Positions 48,479 through 58,527 of a stretch of 64,000 nucleotides of DNA are shown here, piece by piece. The translations under genes and the position numbers were made by a program. Below the pieces are notes generated by a model. It did no database searches. It was not told the origin of the DNA and saw nothing but the letters and a program-made list of their open reading frames with translations. Each line of letters opens with the position of its first letter. Positions within the stretch are counted from its first letter, which is position 1. This stretch comes from an uncultured Candidatus Rokubacteria bacterium (lineage in GTDB: Bacteria > Methylomirabilota > Methylomirabilia > Rokubacteriales > CSP1-6), in contig CAVXJS010000008.1 of the NCBI GenBank assembly GCA_963762145.1, positions 72,191 to 136,190 of the forward strand, read 5' to 3'.

Positions 48479-49773
48479 CGCATCAGGCTCGGAAGCCAGA
48501 GGGAGATGATGGGAAAGGCCACCAGGATGGCGAGGCGGAGCACGTCGGCCCACATGAAGGGCATCACGCCGCGGAAGACGGTGCCGGTGGAGATGTGGGG
48601 CAGCAGGCTCTTCAGCACGAACATGTTCATGCCCACCGGCGGGCTGATGAGCCCGATCTCGACCACGCAGACGATGATGATGCCGAACCACACCGGGTCG
48701 AGGCCCAGGTGCACGATCACCGGGAAGAAGACCGGCATGGTCAGCAGGACCATGGACAGCTCCTCCATCGCGCTGCCCAGCACCACGTAGATCACGCAGA
48801 TGGCCGCCACCACCATCAACGGGCTCAGCCCCAGCGTCGAGACGAGCGTCTTGAGGTCGGCGGGCATGGTGGTGATGTTGACGAACTCCGCGAACATCAG
48901 CGCCCCGATCAGGATCATGAACAGCATGGCGGTGGTGCGCGCGGACTCGAGCAGGGCCGCGTAGAGCGTCTGCCAGGTGAGCGCCCGGCGCGCCCCCGCA
49001 AAGACGAGCGCGCCCATCGCCCCCATCCCCGCCCCCTCGGTGGCGGTGAAGAGGCCGCCGTAGATGCCGCCCATGACGAACACGAAGAGCGCCGCGACCG
49101 CCCAGACGTCCTTCAATGCGCTCAATCGCTCGCCCCAGCTCGACCGCGGGCCGCGCGGGCCCCAGTCCGGATGCCGCCAGGTGGTGCAGACGATGGCCCC
49201 GCAGAGCAGCACCGCGCCGAGAATGCCCGGCAGCACGCCCGCGGCGAAGAGCTTGCCGATATTGGTCTCGGTGAAGACACCGTAGATGATCATGATCGTG
49301 GACGGCGGGATCATGATCCCCAGCGTACCGGCCCCCGCCACCGTACCGGCCGCGAGCTGATCGTGGTAGCCGAAGCGCTTCATGGACGGGTAGGCCACCT
49401 TGGCCATGGTGGCCGCGGTCGCGATGGATGACCCGCAGATGCCCCCGAACCCCGCCGAGGCCCACACGGTGGCCATGGCGAGGCCGCCGCGCAGGTGGCC
49501 GATGAAGGCATAGGCGGCGCGAAAGAGCTCCTGCGACATCCCGGCGCGGGTCACGAGGTTGCCCATGAGGATGAAGAGCGGCACCACCGAGAGCGTGTAG
49601 TTCCGGCCCGTCTCGTAGATCTTGGTCTGGGCGGTGGCGAAAGCGACCCACCAGTTCCAGTCGCGCATGTAGGCGTAGCCGAGGATGCCCACGATCCCCA
49701 TCGCGTACGCGATGGGGATGCGCAGGAAGGCCAGCGCCATCATGAGGCCCAGGCCCACCAGCCCCTCGATCAC
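48475..49773 (-). CDS. dctM: TRAP transporter large permease
   Basis: VPLFILMG, GICGSSIAT, GTLGIMIPPS, FTATE and ISPPVG motifs. Confidence 0.93.
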   Translation of the reverse strand: MIEGLVGLGLMMALAFLRIPIAYAMGIVGILGYAYMRDWNWWVAFATAQTKIYETGRNYTLSVVPLFILMGNLVTRAGMSQELFRAAYAFIGHLRGGLAMATVWASAGFGGICGSSIATAATMAKVAYPSMKRFGYHDQLAAGTVAGAGTLGIMIPPSTIMIIYGVFTETNIGKLFAAGVLPGILGAVLLCGAIVCTTWRHPDWGPRGPRSSWGERLSALKDVWAVAALFVFVMGGIYGGLFTATEGAGMGAMGALVFAGARRALTWQTLYAALLESARTTAMLFMILIGALMFAEFVNITTMPADLKTLVSTLGLSPLMVVAAICVIYVVLGSAMEELSMVLLTMPVFFPVIVHLGLDPVWFGIIIVCVVEIGLISPPVGMNMFVLKSLLPHISTGTVFRGVMPFMWADVLRLAILVAFPIISLWLPSLMR

Positions 49774-50237
49774 CGGCGGGCCGCCATCTTGTAGAGGTGG
49801 ATCACCCCGGTGAGCGCGATGGCAATGGCCATGAAGTAGACGAACGGGCCGTAGACGATGCGCAACACGTCGGTCGCGTCCCGGTAGGCCCAGATGCGGT
49901 CGGCCTTCAGCCACACCAGCCAGGCGAGCAGGAACATGGTCGCCGCGCACACGCCCTGCACCAGGCGCTCGAGCCGGACGGTGCCGCGCGGGCCCAGCAG
50001 TCGGTCGATGAAGTCCATGAGAGCGTGCTCGTCGGAGTAGGTGACGAGCGGCAGACCCGCGAAGATCAGCACCAGCAGCAACAGCTCGGTCACCTCGAAG
50101 GCGCCCGCGATCGGCCGGTTGAACAGGTAGCGAGCGACCACGTCCACGAAGGTGAGGCACATCATGACCAGCAAGATGAGGGCGGCGGCGATGCCGAGGA
50201 GGCCCTCGACGCGCCGCCCCCACTCGGCGCGAATCAC
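49770..50237 (-). CDS. dctQ: TRAP transporter small permease
   Basis: DVVARYLFNRPIAGAFEV; 4 TM segments; between dctP and dctM. Confidence 0.9.
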   Translation of the reverse strand: MIRAEWGRRVEGLLGIAAALILLVMMCLTFVDVVARYLFNRPIAGAFEVTELLLLVLIFAGLPLVTYSDEHALMDFIDRLLGPRGTVRLERLVQGVCAATMFLLAWLVWLKADRIWAYRDATDVLRIVYGPFVYFMAIAIALTGVIHLYKMAARR

Positions 50238-51274
50238 TTCTCGGCGGCGACCTTCTTCAGCTCGGCCCGGAACTCGGCCAGGATCTTGGCCGCGTCGACG
50301 CCCTTGGCGGAGGCCTTCTTGATCCAGTCCTCCACGATGGGCGCGGAGCGCTTCTGCACTTCCGCCGTGAAGGCGGCGTCCGCGTTCACGATCTTCACGC
50401 CCGACTTCTTGAGCGCCTCGAGTCCCTTCGCGTCCGCCTCGTCCCAGGAGCGGCCGGCCAGGCGGGCGATGTGCTCGCCCGAGAGCTTGGTGATCGCGTC
50501 CTGGTCCTGCTTGGGCAGCTTGTTCCACTTGTCCTCGTTCATGAAGAAGCCGAAGGCGGAGCTGTACATGCCGCCCGGGAAGAGCGTGGCCTGCTCGAGG
50601 ACGGTCTCGAGCTTGAACGACACGATCGACTCGAGCGGGAAGAACACGCCGTCGGCCACGCCGCCCTTGAGCAGCTCGTAGGATTCGGGCGCCGGCTTCA
50701 CGAACGCGGACATCCCCAGCGCCTTGGCCACCGCCTCCGCGATCCCACCGCCGGTGCGGACCTTGAGGCCCTGCACGTCGCCGATGCCGGTCACCGCCTT
50801 CTTGGTGAACATCTGGCCGGGGCCGTGGGTGAACACGCCGAGCAGCTTGACGCCCTTGTACTCGCCGACCTCCTGGAAGTACTTCCAGTAGACGCGGGAG
50901 TAGGCTATCGAGTTGACCAGCGCGGTATCGCCCGCCCCGGGCAGCTCCGGCATCAGCGGCAGGATGTGCCGCGCCGGCGTGTAGCTCGCGGTGACGTAGG
51001 AGAGATCCACGAGGCCGTCCCGCACCGCGTCGAAGGTGCCGGGCGGCGCCGACGGGTGCTTCGGCAGCATGGTGAACTTGACGCGGCCGTTGGTGGCCTT
51101 CTCCACCTCGGTCGCCCAGCCCTGCAGCACGACGCTGGTCAGGTGGTGCTGGGGCGACACCCACGAGGACATCGTGAGCGTGGTGGTCTGCGCGAGCGCG
51201 GGCGCGGCCGTGACGGCCAGGGCCAGCGCGGCCAGCCCCAGCTCGGCCAGAACGACTTTCAGCACATTCGCCAT
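50234..51274 (-). CDS. dctP: TRAP transporter substrate-binding protein
   Basis: Signal peptide; TNGRV, VRDGLVD, GLKVR, GVADG and MNEDKWNKLP motifs; GGAGGGG SD. Confidence 0.92.
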   Translation of the reverse strand: MANVLKVVLAELGLAALALAVTAAPALAQTTTLTMSSWVSPQHHLTSVVLQGWATEVEKATNGRVKFTMLPKHPSAPPGTFDAVRDGLVDLSYVTASYTPARHILPLMPELPGAGDTALVNSIAYSRVYWKYFQEVGEYKGVKLLGVFTHGPGQMFTKKAVTGIGDVQGLKVRTGGGIAEAVAKALGMSAFVKPAPESYELLKGGVADGVFFPLESIVSFKLETVLEQATLFPGGMYSSAFGFFMNEDKWNKLPKQDQDAITKLSGEHIARLAGRSWDEADAKGLEALKKSGVKIVNADAAFTAEVQKRSAPIVEDWIKKASAKGVDAAKILAEFRAELKKVAAEK

Positions 51275-51440
51275 GTGGTCTCCCCTCCAGGTGGGCGTGA
51301 CGGCTCTCGGCGGACGGTAGTGTATCGCAGGTCCGGCGGCCCCGGGGATACCCTTGCGCACGCGCCGGGGGCGCGGTAGAAGGAAGGTCCATGAAACAGA
51401 CCGGCGCCTCCAGCTTCCGTCCGCAGTAGCTCGCTCCCCG

Positions 51441-52244
51441 ATGCCCAAGCGCGTCGAGGGGAAGGCGGCCATCGTCGTCGGAGGCGGCCAGACCCCGGGT
51501 CAGACGGTCGGCAACGGGCGAGCCACCGCCATCGTGCTGGGCCGGGAAGGCGCGCAGGTCTGCGTGGTGGACCGCGAGCTGCCCTCGGCCCAGGAGACGG
51601 TGGACCTCATCAAGAAGGAAGGCGGCCAGGCCTGGGCCTTCGCGGCCGACGTCACCCGCGAGGAGGACGTCAAGCGCCTGATCGCAGCCGTCTTCGCGAA
51701 GACCACACGGATCGACATCCTGCACAACAACGTGGGCGCGAGCCTGGCCCTGGGCGACGCGGTGGCCACCGATCTCACCGAGGAAGCCTTCGACCGGAGC
51801 CTCGCGGTCAACCTGAAGGCCACCTGGCTCACGTGCAAGCACGCCCTGCCCGCGCTGCGGGACGCGCACGGCTCCATCGTGAACATCGCGTCCATGGCCG
51901 CGCTGAACGCCTACCCGCTGGTGGGCTACAAGACCACCAAGGCCGCGGTTGTCGCGTTCACCGAGAACCTGGCCGCCCACAACGCGAAGTACGGCGTGCG
52001 CGCCAACTCGATCCTCCCCGGTCTGATGAACACCCCGATGGCGATCGAGTCGCGCGTGGCCGCCGGCACGCCGCGCGAAGAGGTGATCGCCGCGCGCGAC
52101 CGGCGGGTCCCGCTCGGCCACCGCATGGGCACCGGCTGGGACGTGGCGAACGCGGCGCTGTTCCTGCACTCCGAGGAGGCCGGCTTCATCACCGGGGTCT
52201 CGCTCATCGTGGACGGCGGCGAGAGCGTGAGCTGGGGCTCCTGA
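51441..52244 (+). CDS. SDR-family oxidoreductase
   Basis: VGGGQTPG..GNG, HNNVG, YKTTK and NSILPG motifs. Confidence 0.92.
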   Translation: MPKRVEGKAAIVVGGGQTPGQTVGNGRATAIVLGREGAQVCVVDRELPSAQETVDLIKKEGGQAWAFAADVTREEDVKRLIAAVFAKTTRIDILHNNVGASLALGDAVATDLTEEAFDRSLAVNLKATWLTCKHALPALRDAHGSIVNIASMAALNAYPLVGYKTTKAAVVAFTENLAAHNAKYGVRANSILPGLMNTPMAIESRVAAGTPREEVIAARDRRVPLGHRMGTGWDVANAALFLHSEEAGFITGVSLIVDGGESVSWGS

Positions 52245-53044
52245 TGGCCGCGCCTCCCCTGCCCGAGAACGCCTACCGCGCGCGCGCCGAGCGCGGGGAA
52301 ATTCAGTTGGGCACCTGGATCACCCTGATCCGCACGCCCAGCGTGCTTACGTTGCTCCAGACCGCCGGCCTCGACTACGCCCGGCTCGATCTCGAGCACT
52401 CCGCGTTCTCGATCGAGACGGTGGCCGACATGGCCGCCCTCGCGCGCGCGCTCAACTTTCCTCTGGTGGTCCGGCCGCCCGACGGCAATCGCGAGTGGAT
52501 CACGCGGCTGCTCGACGCGGGGGTGTGGAACCTCCACATCCCCCAGGTCGAGTCGGCGGAGCAGGCGGCGGCGGTGGTGGCGGCCACCCGCTACGCGCCC
52601 CTCGGCTCGCGCGGCATGTACGGCTCGGGCCCCCACACCGGCTTCCACGCGCGCCCGGCCGCCGAGCACCTGGCGACCGCCAACGCCCGCGTGCACGTCA
52701 CCGCGATGCTCGAGAGCAAGCACGCCTTCGACCGGCTCGACGAGATCGCGGCGGTGCCCGGCATCGACGCGCTCACCATCGGTCCCACCGACCTGTCGCA
52801 GGACCTGGGCGTGCTGGGCACCCCGGCCCAGGCCCAGGTTCTCCGTGAGCACCGCGTCCGCCTGGGCGAGGCCGCGCGCAAGCACGGCAAGACGGTGGCG
52901 ATGGCGGTGGACACGATCGAGGCGGTGCGCGAGGTGATCGCGCTGGGCGCCACCATCATCAACTACTCGTCCGACACGAACGTGCTCCGCTCCACCTACG
53001 CGGCCGCGGTCGCGCAGATCCGTACCCCAAAGGAGACGTCATGA
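52244..53044 (+). CDS. HpcH/HpaI aldolase family protein
   Basis: DLEH, LLDAG, RYAPLGSRG, MLES and IGPTDLS motifs; TGATG coupling. Confidence 0.9.
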   Translation: MAAPPLPENAYRARAERGEIQLGTWITLIRTPSVLTLLQTAGLDYARLDLEHSAFSIETVADMAALARALNFPLVVRPPDGNREWITRLLDAGVWNLHIPQVESAEQAAAVVAATRYAPLGSRGMYGSGPHTGFHARPAAEHLATANARVHVTAMLESKHAFDRLDEIAAVPGIDALTIGPTDLSQDLGVLGTPAQAQVLREHRVRLGEAARKHGKTVAMAVDTIEAVREVIALGATIINYSSDTNVLRSTYAAAVAQIRTPKETS

Positions 53045-54684
53045 AGATCAAGGCCGTCAACGGCTTCGCGCGCATCCTCAAGTCCGAAGGCACCCCGTGG
53101 GTGAGCTGCTACCCGACGAGCCCGGTCAACAACGCGCTCGGCGAGGAAGGCATGCCGATCCTGATGATGGGCGAGGAGCGCTTCGCGGTCGCGGTGGCCG
53201 ACAGCTTCTCGCGCGTGACCAACGGCAAGCAGATCGGGGTGTGCACGGTCATGGCCGGCCTCAACGCGGCGGGCATCCAGATGGCCTTCGGCGCCATCGC
53301 GCAGGCGTGGGAGGACTCCTCCCCGCTGCTGGTGATCGCGGAGGGCCTGGGCGTGGGGGCCAGCCGCCACACCCACTTCGACATGGCGGAGGCCTTCAAG
53401 CCGGTCACCAAGTGGGTCGGCAAGGTGGACCGGGCCGATCTCATCCCGGAGTACACGCGCCGCGCCTACACCCACCTCCGCTCCGGCCGGCCGGGCCCGG
53501 TGCTGCTGCTGATCCCGCGCGATCTGGGCGAGTACGACGCGGACGAGCATCCCTACTCGCCGGTGAAGGGCTGGCGCACCGGTCCCGATCCGGACGACGT
53601 CAAGTCGGCCATCCGCGCGCTGCTCTCGGCCAAGGATCCCCTGCTCCACATCGGCGAGGGCGTCTGCTACGCGGACGCGGCGGCCGAGCTGCTCCAGTTC
53701 GCGGAGGCGGCCCAGATCCCGGTGATGACCACGCTCAAGGCCAAGGGCGTTTTCCCGGAGAACCACCCGCTGTCCATCGGCGTGCGCGGCTCGATGGTCG
53801 ATCACTTCCTGCGCAAGTGCGACCTGCTCTTCTCGGTCGGCTCGAGCCTCTTCCCCGGCCGCTTCAGCCACACGGTGCCGGACGCCCACAAGAAGACCAT
53901 CGTGCAGTGCACGGTGGACACGCTCGACATCAACCGCAGCTACGAGACCCGGCACGCGGTGATCGGCGACGCCAAGCTCACGCTCCAGGCCCTGGCGGAC
54001 GAGCTCCAGGCCAAGGGCGCGCGCAAGAAGCCGGAGGTGCTGGAGGAGATCCGGGGGCAGCGGCAGATCTTCAAGGACAAGTTCCGCCCGTGGCTCGAGT
54101 CCAACGAGACGCCGATCAATCCCTATCGCGTCTTCGGCGACCTGGCGAAGGTCCTCGATCCCAAGCACTCGTTCCTGACCGCGGACTCCGGCAACACGCG
54201 CGACCAGACCAGCACCGTCTACGAAGCCCAGATCCCGCGCGGCTATCTCGGGTGGGGCAACGTCTCCACGCTCGGCTTCAGCCTGGCCGGCGCGGTGGCG
54301 GCCAAGCTCGCCTACCCGCAGCGGCAGTGCGTGCTGGTGACCGGTGACGCGGGCGTCTGCTACATGATGGGCAACTTCGAGGCGGTCGCGCGTTACAAGA
54401 TCGGCATCACCACCATCCACATCAACAACGGGGGCTACTCGGGCTACGGCCCCGGCTTCTGGGGCGAGGGCCACGATCCCTACACCTGGAAGGTGTCCGA
54501 CCACGGCAACGCGTGCATGGCGAGCATGGCCCGCGCGGTCGGCTTCCACGGCGAGGACGTGACCGAGCCCGCCGAGATCATCCCCGCGCTCAAGCGCGCC
54601 TTCGACGAGAACGCCAAGGGCCGCCCCGCGTTCGTGGAGTTCATCTCCTCGCATCACCCGGTGCACGGCGGCTGGGTGCGGTGA
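53041..54684 (+). CDS. Thiamine diphosphate-dependent enzyme (acetolactate synthase-like superfamily)
   Basis: GEERFAV (catalytic Glu), SGRPGPV and GDAG...INNGG ThDP motif. Confidence 0.9.
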   Translation: MKIKAVNGFARILKSEGTPWVSCYPTSPVNNALGEEGMPILMMGEERFAVAVADSFSRVTNGKQIGVCTVMAGLNAAGIQMAFGAIAQAWEDSSPLLVIAEGLGVGASRHTHFDMAEAFKPVTKWVGKVDRADLIPEYTRRAYTHLRSGRPGPVLLLIPRDLGEYDADEHPYSPVKGWRTGPDPDDVKSAIRALLSAKDPLLHIGEGVCYADAAAELLQFAEAAQIPVMTTLKAKGVFPENHPLSIGVRGSMVDHFLRKCDLLFSVGSSLFPGRFSHTVPDAHKKTIVQCTVDTLDINRSYETRHAVIGDAKLTLQALADELQAKGARKKPEVLEEIRGQRQIFKDKFRPWLESNETPINPYRVFGDLAKVLDPKHSFLTADSGNTRDQTSTVYEAQIPRGYLGWGNVSTLGFSLAGAVAAKLAYPQRQCVLVTGDAGVCYMMGNFEAVARYKIGITTIHINNGGYSGYGPGFWGEGHDPYTWKVSDHGNACMASMARAVGFHGEDVTEPAEIIPALKRAFDENAKGRPAFVEFISSHHPVHGGWVR

Positions 54685-56174
54685 TGGCCCCCGGCCGGGC
54701 CGCCGAGATCGATCCGTTCGCGAGCGCGACCACGCTCCTGTCCGCGCTGCGCCGGGGCTCGATCGGCGCGGCGGAGCTGACCGAGCTCTACATCCGCCGC
54801 ATCGAGCGGCACGACGGCCGGCTCAACGCGGTGGTGGTTCGCGACTTCGACCGCGCCCGCCAGCAGGCGAAGGCGGCCGACCAGGCGCGGGGCCGCAACG
54901 AGACGAAGCCGCTCCTCGGGCTGCCGATGACGCTCAAGGAGTCCATCAATGTCACCGGGCTCGGGACCACCTGCGGCGTCCCGGACTGGAAGGGCTACGT
55001 CTCCCCGCACGACGGCGCCGCCGCCGCCCGCACCCGCGGGGCCGGCGCGGTGCTGCTCGGCAAGACCAATGTGCCGCCCATGCTCGCCGACTGGCAGTCG
55101 GCGAACCCGGTCTTCGGGCGCACCAGCAACCCGTGGGACCTGGGCCGGACGCCCGGCGGGAGCAGCGGCGGCAGCGCGGCGGCTCTCGCGTCGGGATTGA
55201 CCGCCTTGGAAGTCGGCTCGGACATCGGCGGCTCCATCCGCGTGCCCGCCGTCTTCTGCGGCGTCTACGGCCATCGCCCGAGCGAGACCCTGCTGCCGCG
55301 CAGCGGCCAGTTCCCGATGCCGCCGATGCCCAACCCGGCCGTGGTGATGGGCGTGCAGGGCCCGCTCGCCCGCAGCGCGGAGGATCTCGAGCTGGCCCTC
55401 TCGGTCCTGGCCGGCCCCGACGTGGGCGAGGACGTGGCGTGGACGGTCGCGCTGCCCCCCGCCCGCCGGGAGAAGCTGGCCGACTTCCGCGTGGCGGTGC
55501 TGCCGCCGGTCCCGTGGCATCCGGTGGACGAGCAGATCTGGGCCGCCCAGGAGGATCTCGTGGCGCGCCTCGGCAAGCTGGGCTGCGTGGTCAAGGAGGC
55601 GCAGCCCGAGGGCCTCGGCGACCACCGCGAGTACCACGGCTTCTACCGCACCCTGCTCGCCGCGATCACGGGCGCGCGCATGGACGCGGAGACCCGGCGG
55701 CAGCGCGCGGCCATGTTTCGCGCCGTCGGCGACGATCTGTCCATCGCCCACGCGCGCGGCTTCGAGGGATCGGCGGGAGATTTTCTCCTCTGGCACGGCC
55801 GGCGAGAGCAGCATCGCGCGGCCTGGCGCGCCTTCTTCCGCGACTGGGACGTGCTGCTGGCCCCGGCCATCAACGTCCTGGCCTACCCGCACATCGAGCG
55901 GGCGTGGCCGATGGACAACAGCGACACCACGATCACCCTCCCGGTCAACGGCCGGCCCCAGCCCTATCTGCAGAGCCTGTGCTATCCCGCCCTGTCCAAT
56001 GTCCCGGGCCAGCCCGCCACCGCGTTCCCGGTCGGCGTCTCGCGCGAGGGGCTGCCGATCGGGCTCCAGGCCATCGGTCCCTATCTGGAGGACCTCACGC
56101 CGATCCGCTTCACCGCGCTGCTCGCGCGCGAGATCGGCGGCTTCCGCAAGCCCGCCGGCTACGACGAGTCCTAG
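54684..56174 (+). CDS. Amidase-signature enzyme
   Basis: TLKE, GKTNVP, GGSSGGS and GSDIGGSIR motifs. Confidence 0.92.
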   Translation: MAPGRAAEIDPFASATTLLSALRRGSIGAAELTELYIRRIERHDGRLNAVVVRDFDRARQQAKAADQARGRNETKPLLGLPMTLKESINVTGLGTTCGVPDWKGYVSPHDGAAAARTRGAGAVLLGKTNVPPMLADWQSANPVFGRTSNPWDLGRTPGGSSGGSAAALASGLTALEVGSDIGGSIRVPAVFCGVYGHRPSETLLPRSGQFPMPPMPNPAVVMGVQGPLARSAEDLELALSVLAGPDVGEDVAWTVALPPARREKLADFRVAVLPPVPWHPVDEQIWAAQEDLVARLGKLGCVVKEAQPEGLGDHREYHGFYRTLLAAITGARMDAETRRQRAAMFRAVGDDLSIAHARGFEGSAGDFLLWHGRREQHRAAWRAFFRDWDVLLAPAINVLAYPHIERAWPMDNSDTTITLPVNGRPQPYLQSLCYPALSNVPGQPATAFPVGVSREGLPIGLQAIGPYLEDLTPIRFTALLAREIGGFRKPAGYDES

Positions 56175-56179
56175 GCCCG

Positions 56180-57340
56180 ATGCTGACCATCGACGGGCAC
56201 TGCGATCCGCGCTTCACCGCCGTCCGCGAGCAGTTCTTCGCCAACTTCACGGAGCGCGGGGACGTCGGCGCCGCGGTGTGCGTGTACCTGGACGGGGTCC
56301 GCGTGGTCGACTGCTGGGGCGGCCACGCCAACGCCGCCCGGACGCGACCGTTCGGCCCGGACACCATCGTGAGCGTGGCCTCCACCACCAAGGGCATGGT
56401 CGCGCTCTGCGCCCACATGCTGGCCGAGCGCGGCAAGCTCGACCTCGACGCGCCGGTCGCGCGCTACTGGCCGGAGTTCGCGGCGGCGGGCAAGCAGGAT
56501 ATCCCGGTGCGATGGCTGCTGAGCCACCGCGCGGGGCTGCCCGCGATCCGGCGCCTGCTGCCCGCCGAGGCCCTGTTCGACTGGAGCGCCATGACCGACG
56601 CGCTCGCGGAGACGGCGCCCTGGTGGACGCCGGGAACGGCGCACGGCTACCACGCGATCACCTACGGCCACCTGGTCGGCGAGGTCATCCGCCGCGTGGA
56701 CGGCCGAACCGTCGGCGCGTTTCTCCGTGATGAGGTCACCGGCCCGCTGCGCGCCGACTTCTTCATCGGCGTGCCGGAGCAGGCCGACGCACGTGCCGCC
56801 GAGGTCCTGCCGCCCCCGCCGCCCGGCGAGGCGACGATCTGGGACACACTCCTGGCGGATCCCGAGGGCGTGTCCGGGCGCGCGTTCCTGAACCCGCCGC
56901 GTGTGCCCGACCTGGTCAATGCCCGCGCCTGGCGCGCCGCCGAGATCCCCGCCGCCAACGGTCACACCAGCGCCCGCGGGGTGGCCCGCGTCTACGCCGC
57001 GCTGGCCCGCGGCGGCGAGCTCGACGGCGTGCGTCTGCTCGCTCCCGCCACCATCGAGCGCGCGATCGAGGAGCAGTCCCGCGGCCGCGACGCGGTGCTG
57101 ACCCTGCCCACGCGCTTCGCCACCGGCTTCATGCTCGGGATGCCCGGCGGCATCTTCGACTGCGGGCCCGGCCGGCGGAGCTTCGGCCACCCGGGCCGCG
57201 GCGGCTCGATCGGCTTCGCGGACCCGGACGCGCGCCTCGGCTTCGGGTACGTGGCCAACCAGTACGTGACCGGCACCGCGAGGCATCCCGACCGCCGCGT
57301 GCTCCGGCTCGTGGACGCGGTGTACGCGGGGCTCCGATGA
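56180..57340 (+). CDS. Serine hydrolase, beta-lactamase/EstB family
   Basis: STTK (SxxK), LLSHRAGL, YHA and FGHPG motifs. Confidence 0.92.
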   Translation: MLTIDGHCDPRFTAVREQFFANFTERGDVGAAVCVYLDGVRVVDCWGGHANAARTRPFGPDTIVSVASTTKGMVALCAHMLAERGKLDLDAPVARYWPEFAAAGKQDIPVRWLLSHRAGLPAIRRLLPAEALFDWSAMTDALAETAPWWTPGTAHGYHAITYGHLVGEVIRRVDGRTVGAFLRDEVTGPLRADFFIGVPEQADARAAEVLPPPPPGEATIWDTLLADPEGVSGRAFLNPPRVPDLVNARAWRAAEIPAANGHTSARGVARVYAALARGGELDGVRLLAPATIERAIEEQSRGRDAVLTLPTRFATGFMLGMPGGIFDCGPGRRSFGHPGRGGSIGFADPDARLGFGYVANQYVTGTARHPDRRVLRLVDAVYAGLR

Positions 57341-58527
57341 GCCCGGCGCCCGGACTCTCCGTGCGCGACTGCCTGCCCCGCGACGCGGCCGGCGCGCTCC
57401 TGGTGGGCCGCGCGTGGGTCCCCGCCGAGGACGGCCCCTGCGTCGTCGCGGTGCGCGGCGACGAGGTGGTGGACTTGACGCGGACCTATCCGACCACCAG
57501 CCACCTCTTGAACGTGGCGAAGCCCGCCGACGTGCGCGCCGCGATCAAGACCGCGTCGCGCCTCGCGGCGCTCGACGCGCTGGCCGCCAACAGCGTGGAG
57601 GGCGCGCGCGACGCGGGCAAGCCGTGGCTGCTCGCCCCCGCGGACCTGCACGCGGTGAAGGCCAGCGGCGTGACGTTCGTGGCGAGCATGCTCGAGCGGG
57701 TGATCGAGGAGCGCGCCAAGGGTAACCCGGCGCTGGCCGACGGGGCGCGGCGCGAGATCCAGGCCATCGTGGGCCCCGACCTGCGCGGCATCAAGCCCGG
57801 CTCGCCCGACGCCGCACGCATCAAGGAGGTCCTGGTCGCGAAGGGCATGTGGTCGCAGTACCTCGAGGTCGGCATCGGCCCCGATGCGGAGCTCTTCAGC
57901 AAGTGCCCGCCGATGGCCGCGGTGGGGCTGGGCGCGCGCGTGGGCGTGCATCCGGCGTCGGTGTGGAGCAATCCCGAGCCGGAGCTGGTGCTGGTGATCG
58001 ACCGCGAGGGCGCCATCGTGGCGATCACGCTCGGCAACGACGTGAACCTGCGCGACGTGGAAGGCCGGAGCGCGCTGCTGCTGGGCCGCGCCAAGGACAA
58101 CAACGCCTCGTGCGCGATGGGGCCGTTCTTCCGGCTGCTGGACGAGCGCTTCACCCTGGACCACGCGCGCCGGGTCACCTTCGAGACGGTCGTGCAGGGC
58201 GCGGACGGCTTCCGCATCTCGCACATGACGCAGGTCGCCGAGATCAGCCGCGACCTGACCGAGCTGGCCGGCCAGGCCATCAGCAAGTACCACCGCTACC
58301 CGGACGGCCTCGTGCTCTTCATTGGCACCATGTTCGCGCCGGTGGCCGACCGGGGCGCGCCGGGCAGCGGCTTCACCCACAAGACGGGTGATGTGGTGTC
58401 CATCGCCGCGCCCGAGATCGGCCGCCTGGTCAACGAGGTCGTGGCGTGCGACGCGGCCGAGCCGTGGTCCTTCGGGACGGGCGCCTTGATGGCGAGCCTC
58501 GCCCGGCGCGGGCTGCTGCGCGCTTGA
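57337..58527 (+). CDS. xylX: Fumarylacetoacetate hydrolase family, 2-keto-3-deoxy-xylonate dehydratase (XylX)-like
   Basis: KASGVTFVASMLERVIEE, WSQYLEVGIGPDAE, NPEPE, GNDVNLRDVEGRSALLLGRAKD and GTMFAP motifs, as in Caulobacter XylX. Confidence 0.8.
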   Translation: MSPAPGLSVRDCLPRDAAGALLVGRAWVPAEDGPCVVAVRGDEVVDLTRTYPTTSHLLNVAKPADVRAAIKTASRLAALDALAANSVEGARDAGKPWLLAPADLHAVKASGVTFVASMLERVIEERAKGNPALADGARREIQAIVGPDLRGIKPGSPDAARIKEVLVAKGMWSQYLEVGIGPDAELFSKCPPMAAVGLGARVGVHPASVWSNPEPELVLVIDREGAIVAITLGNDVNLRDVEGRSALLLGRAKDNNASCAMGPFFRLLDERFTLDHARRVTFETVVQGADGFRISHMTQVAEISRDLTELAGQAISKYHRYPDGLVLFIGTMFAPVADRGAPGSGFTHKTGDVVSIAAPEIGRLVNEVVACDAAEPWSFGTGALMASLARRGLLRA

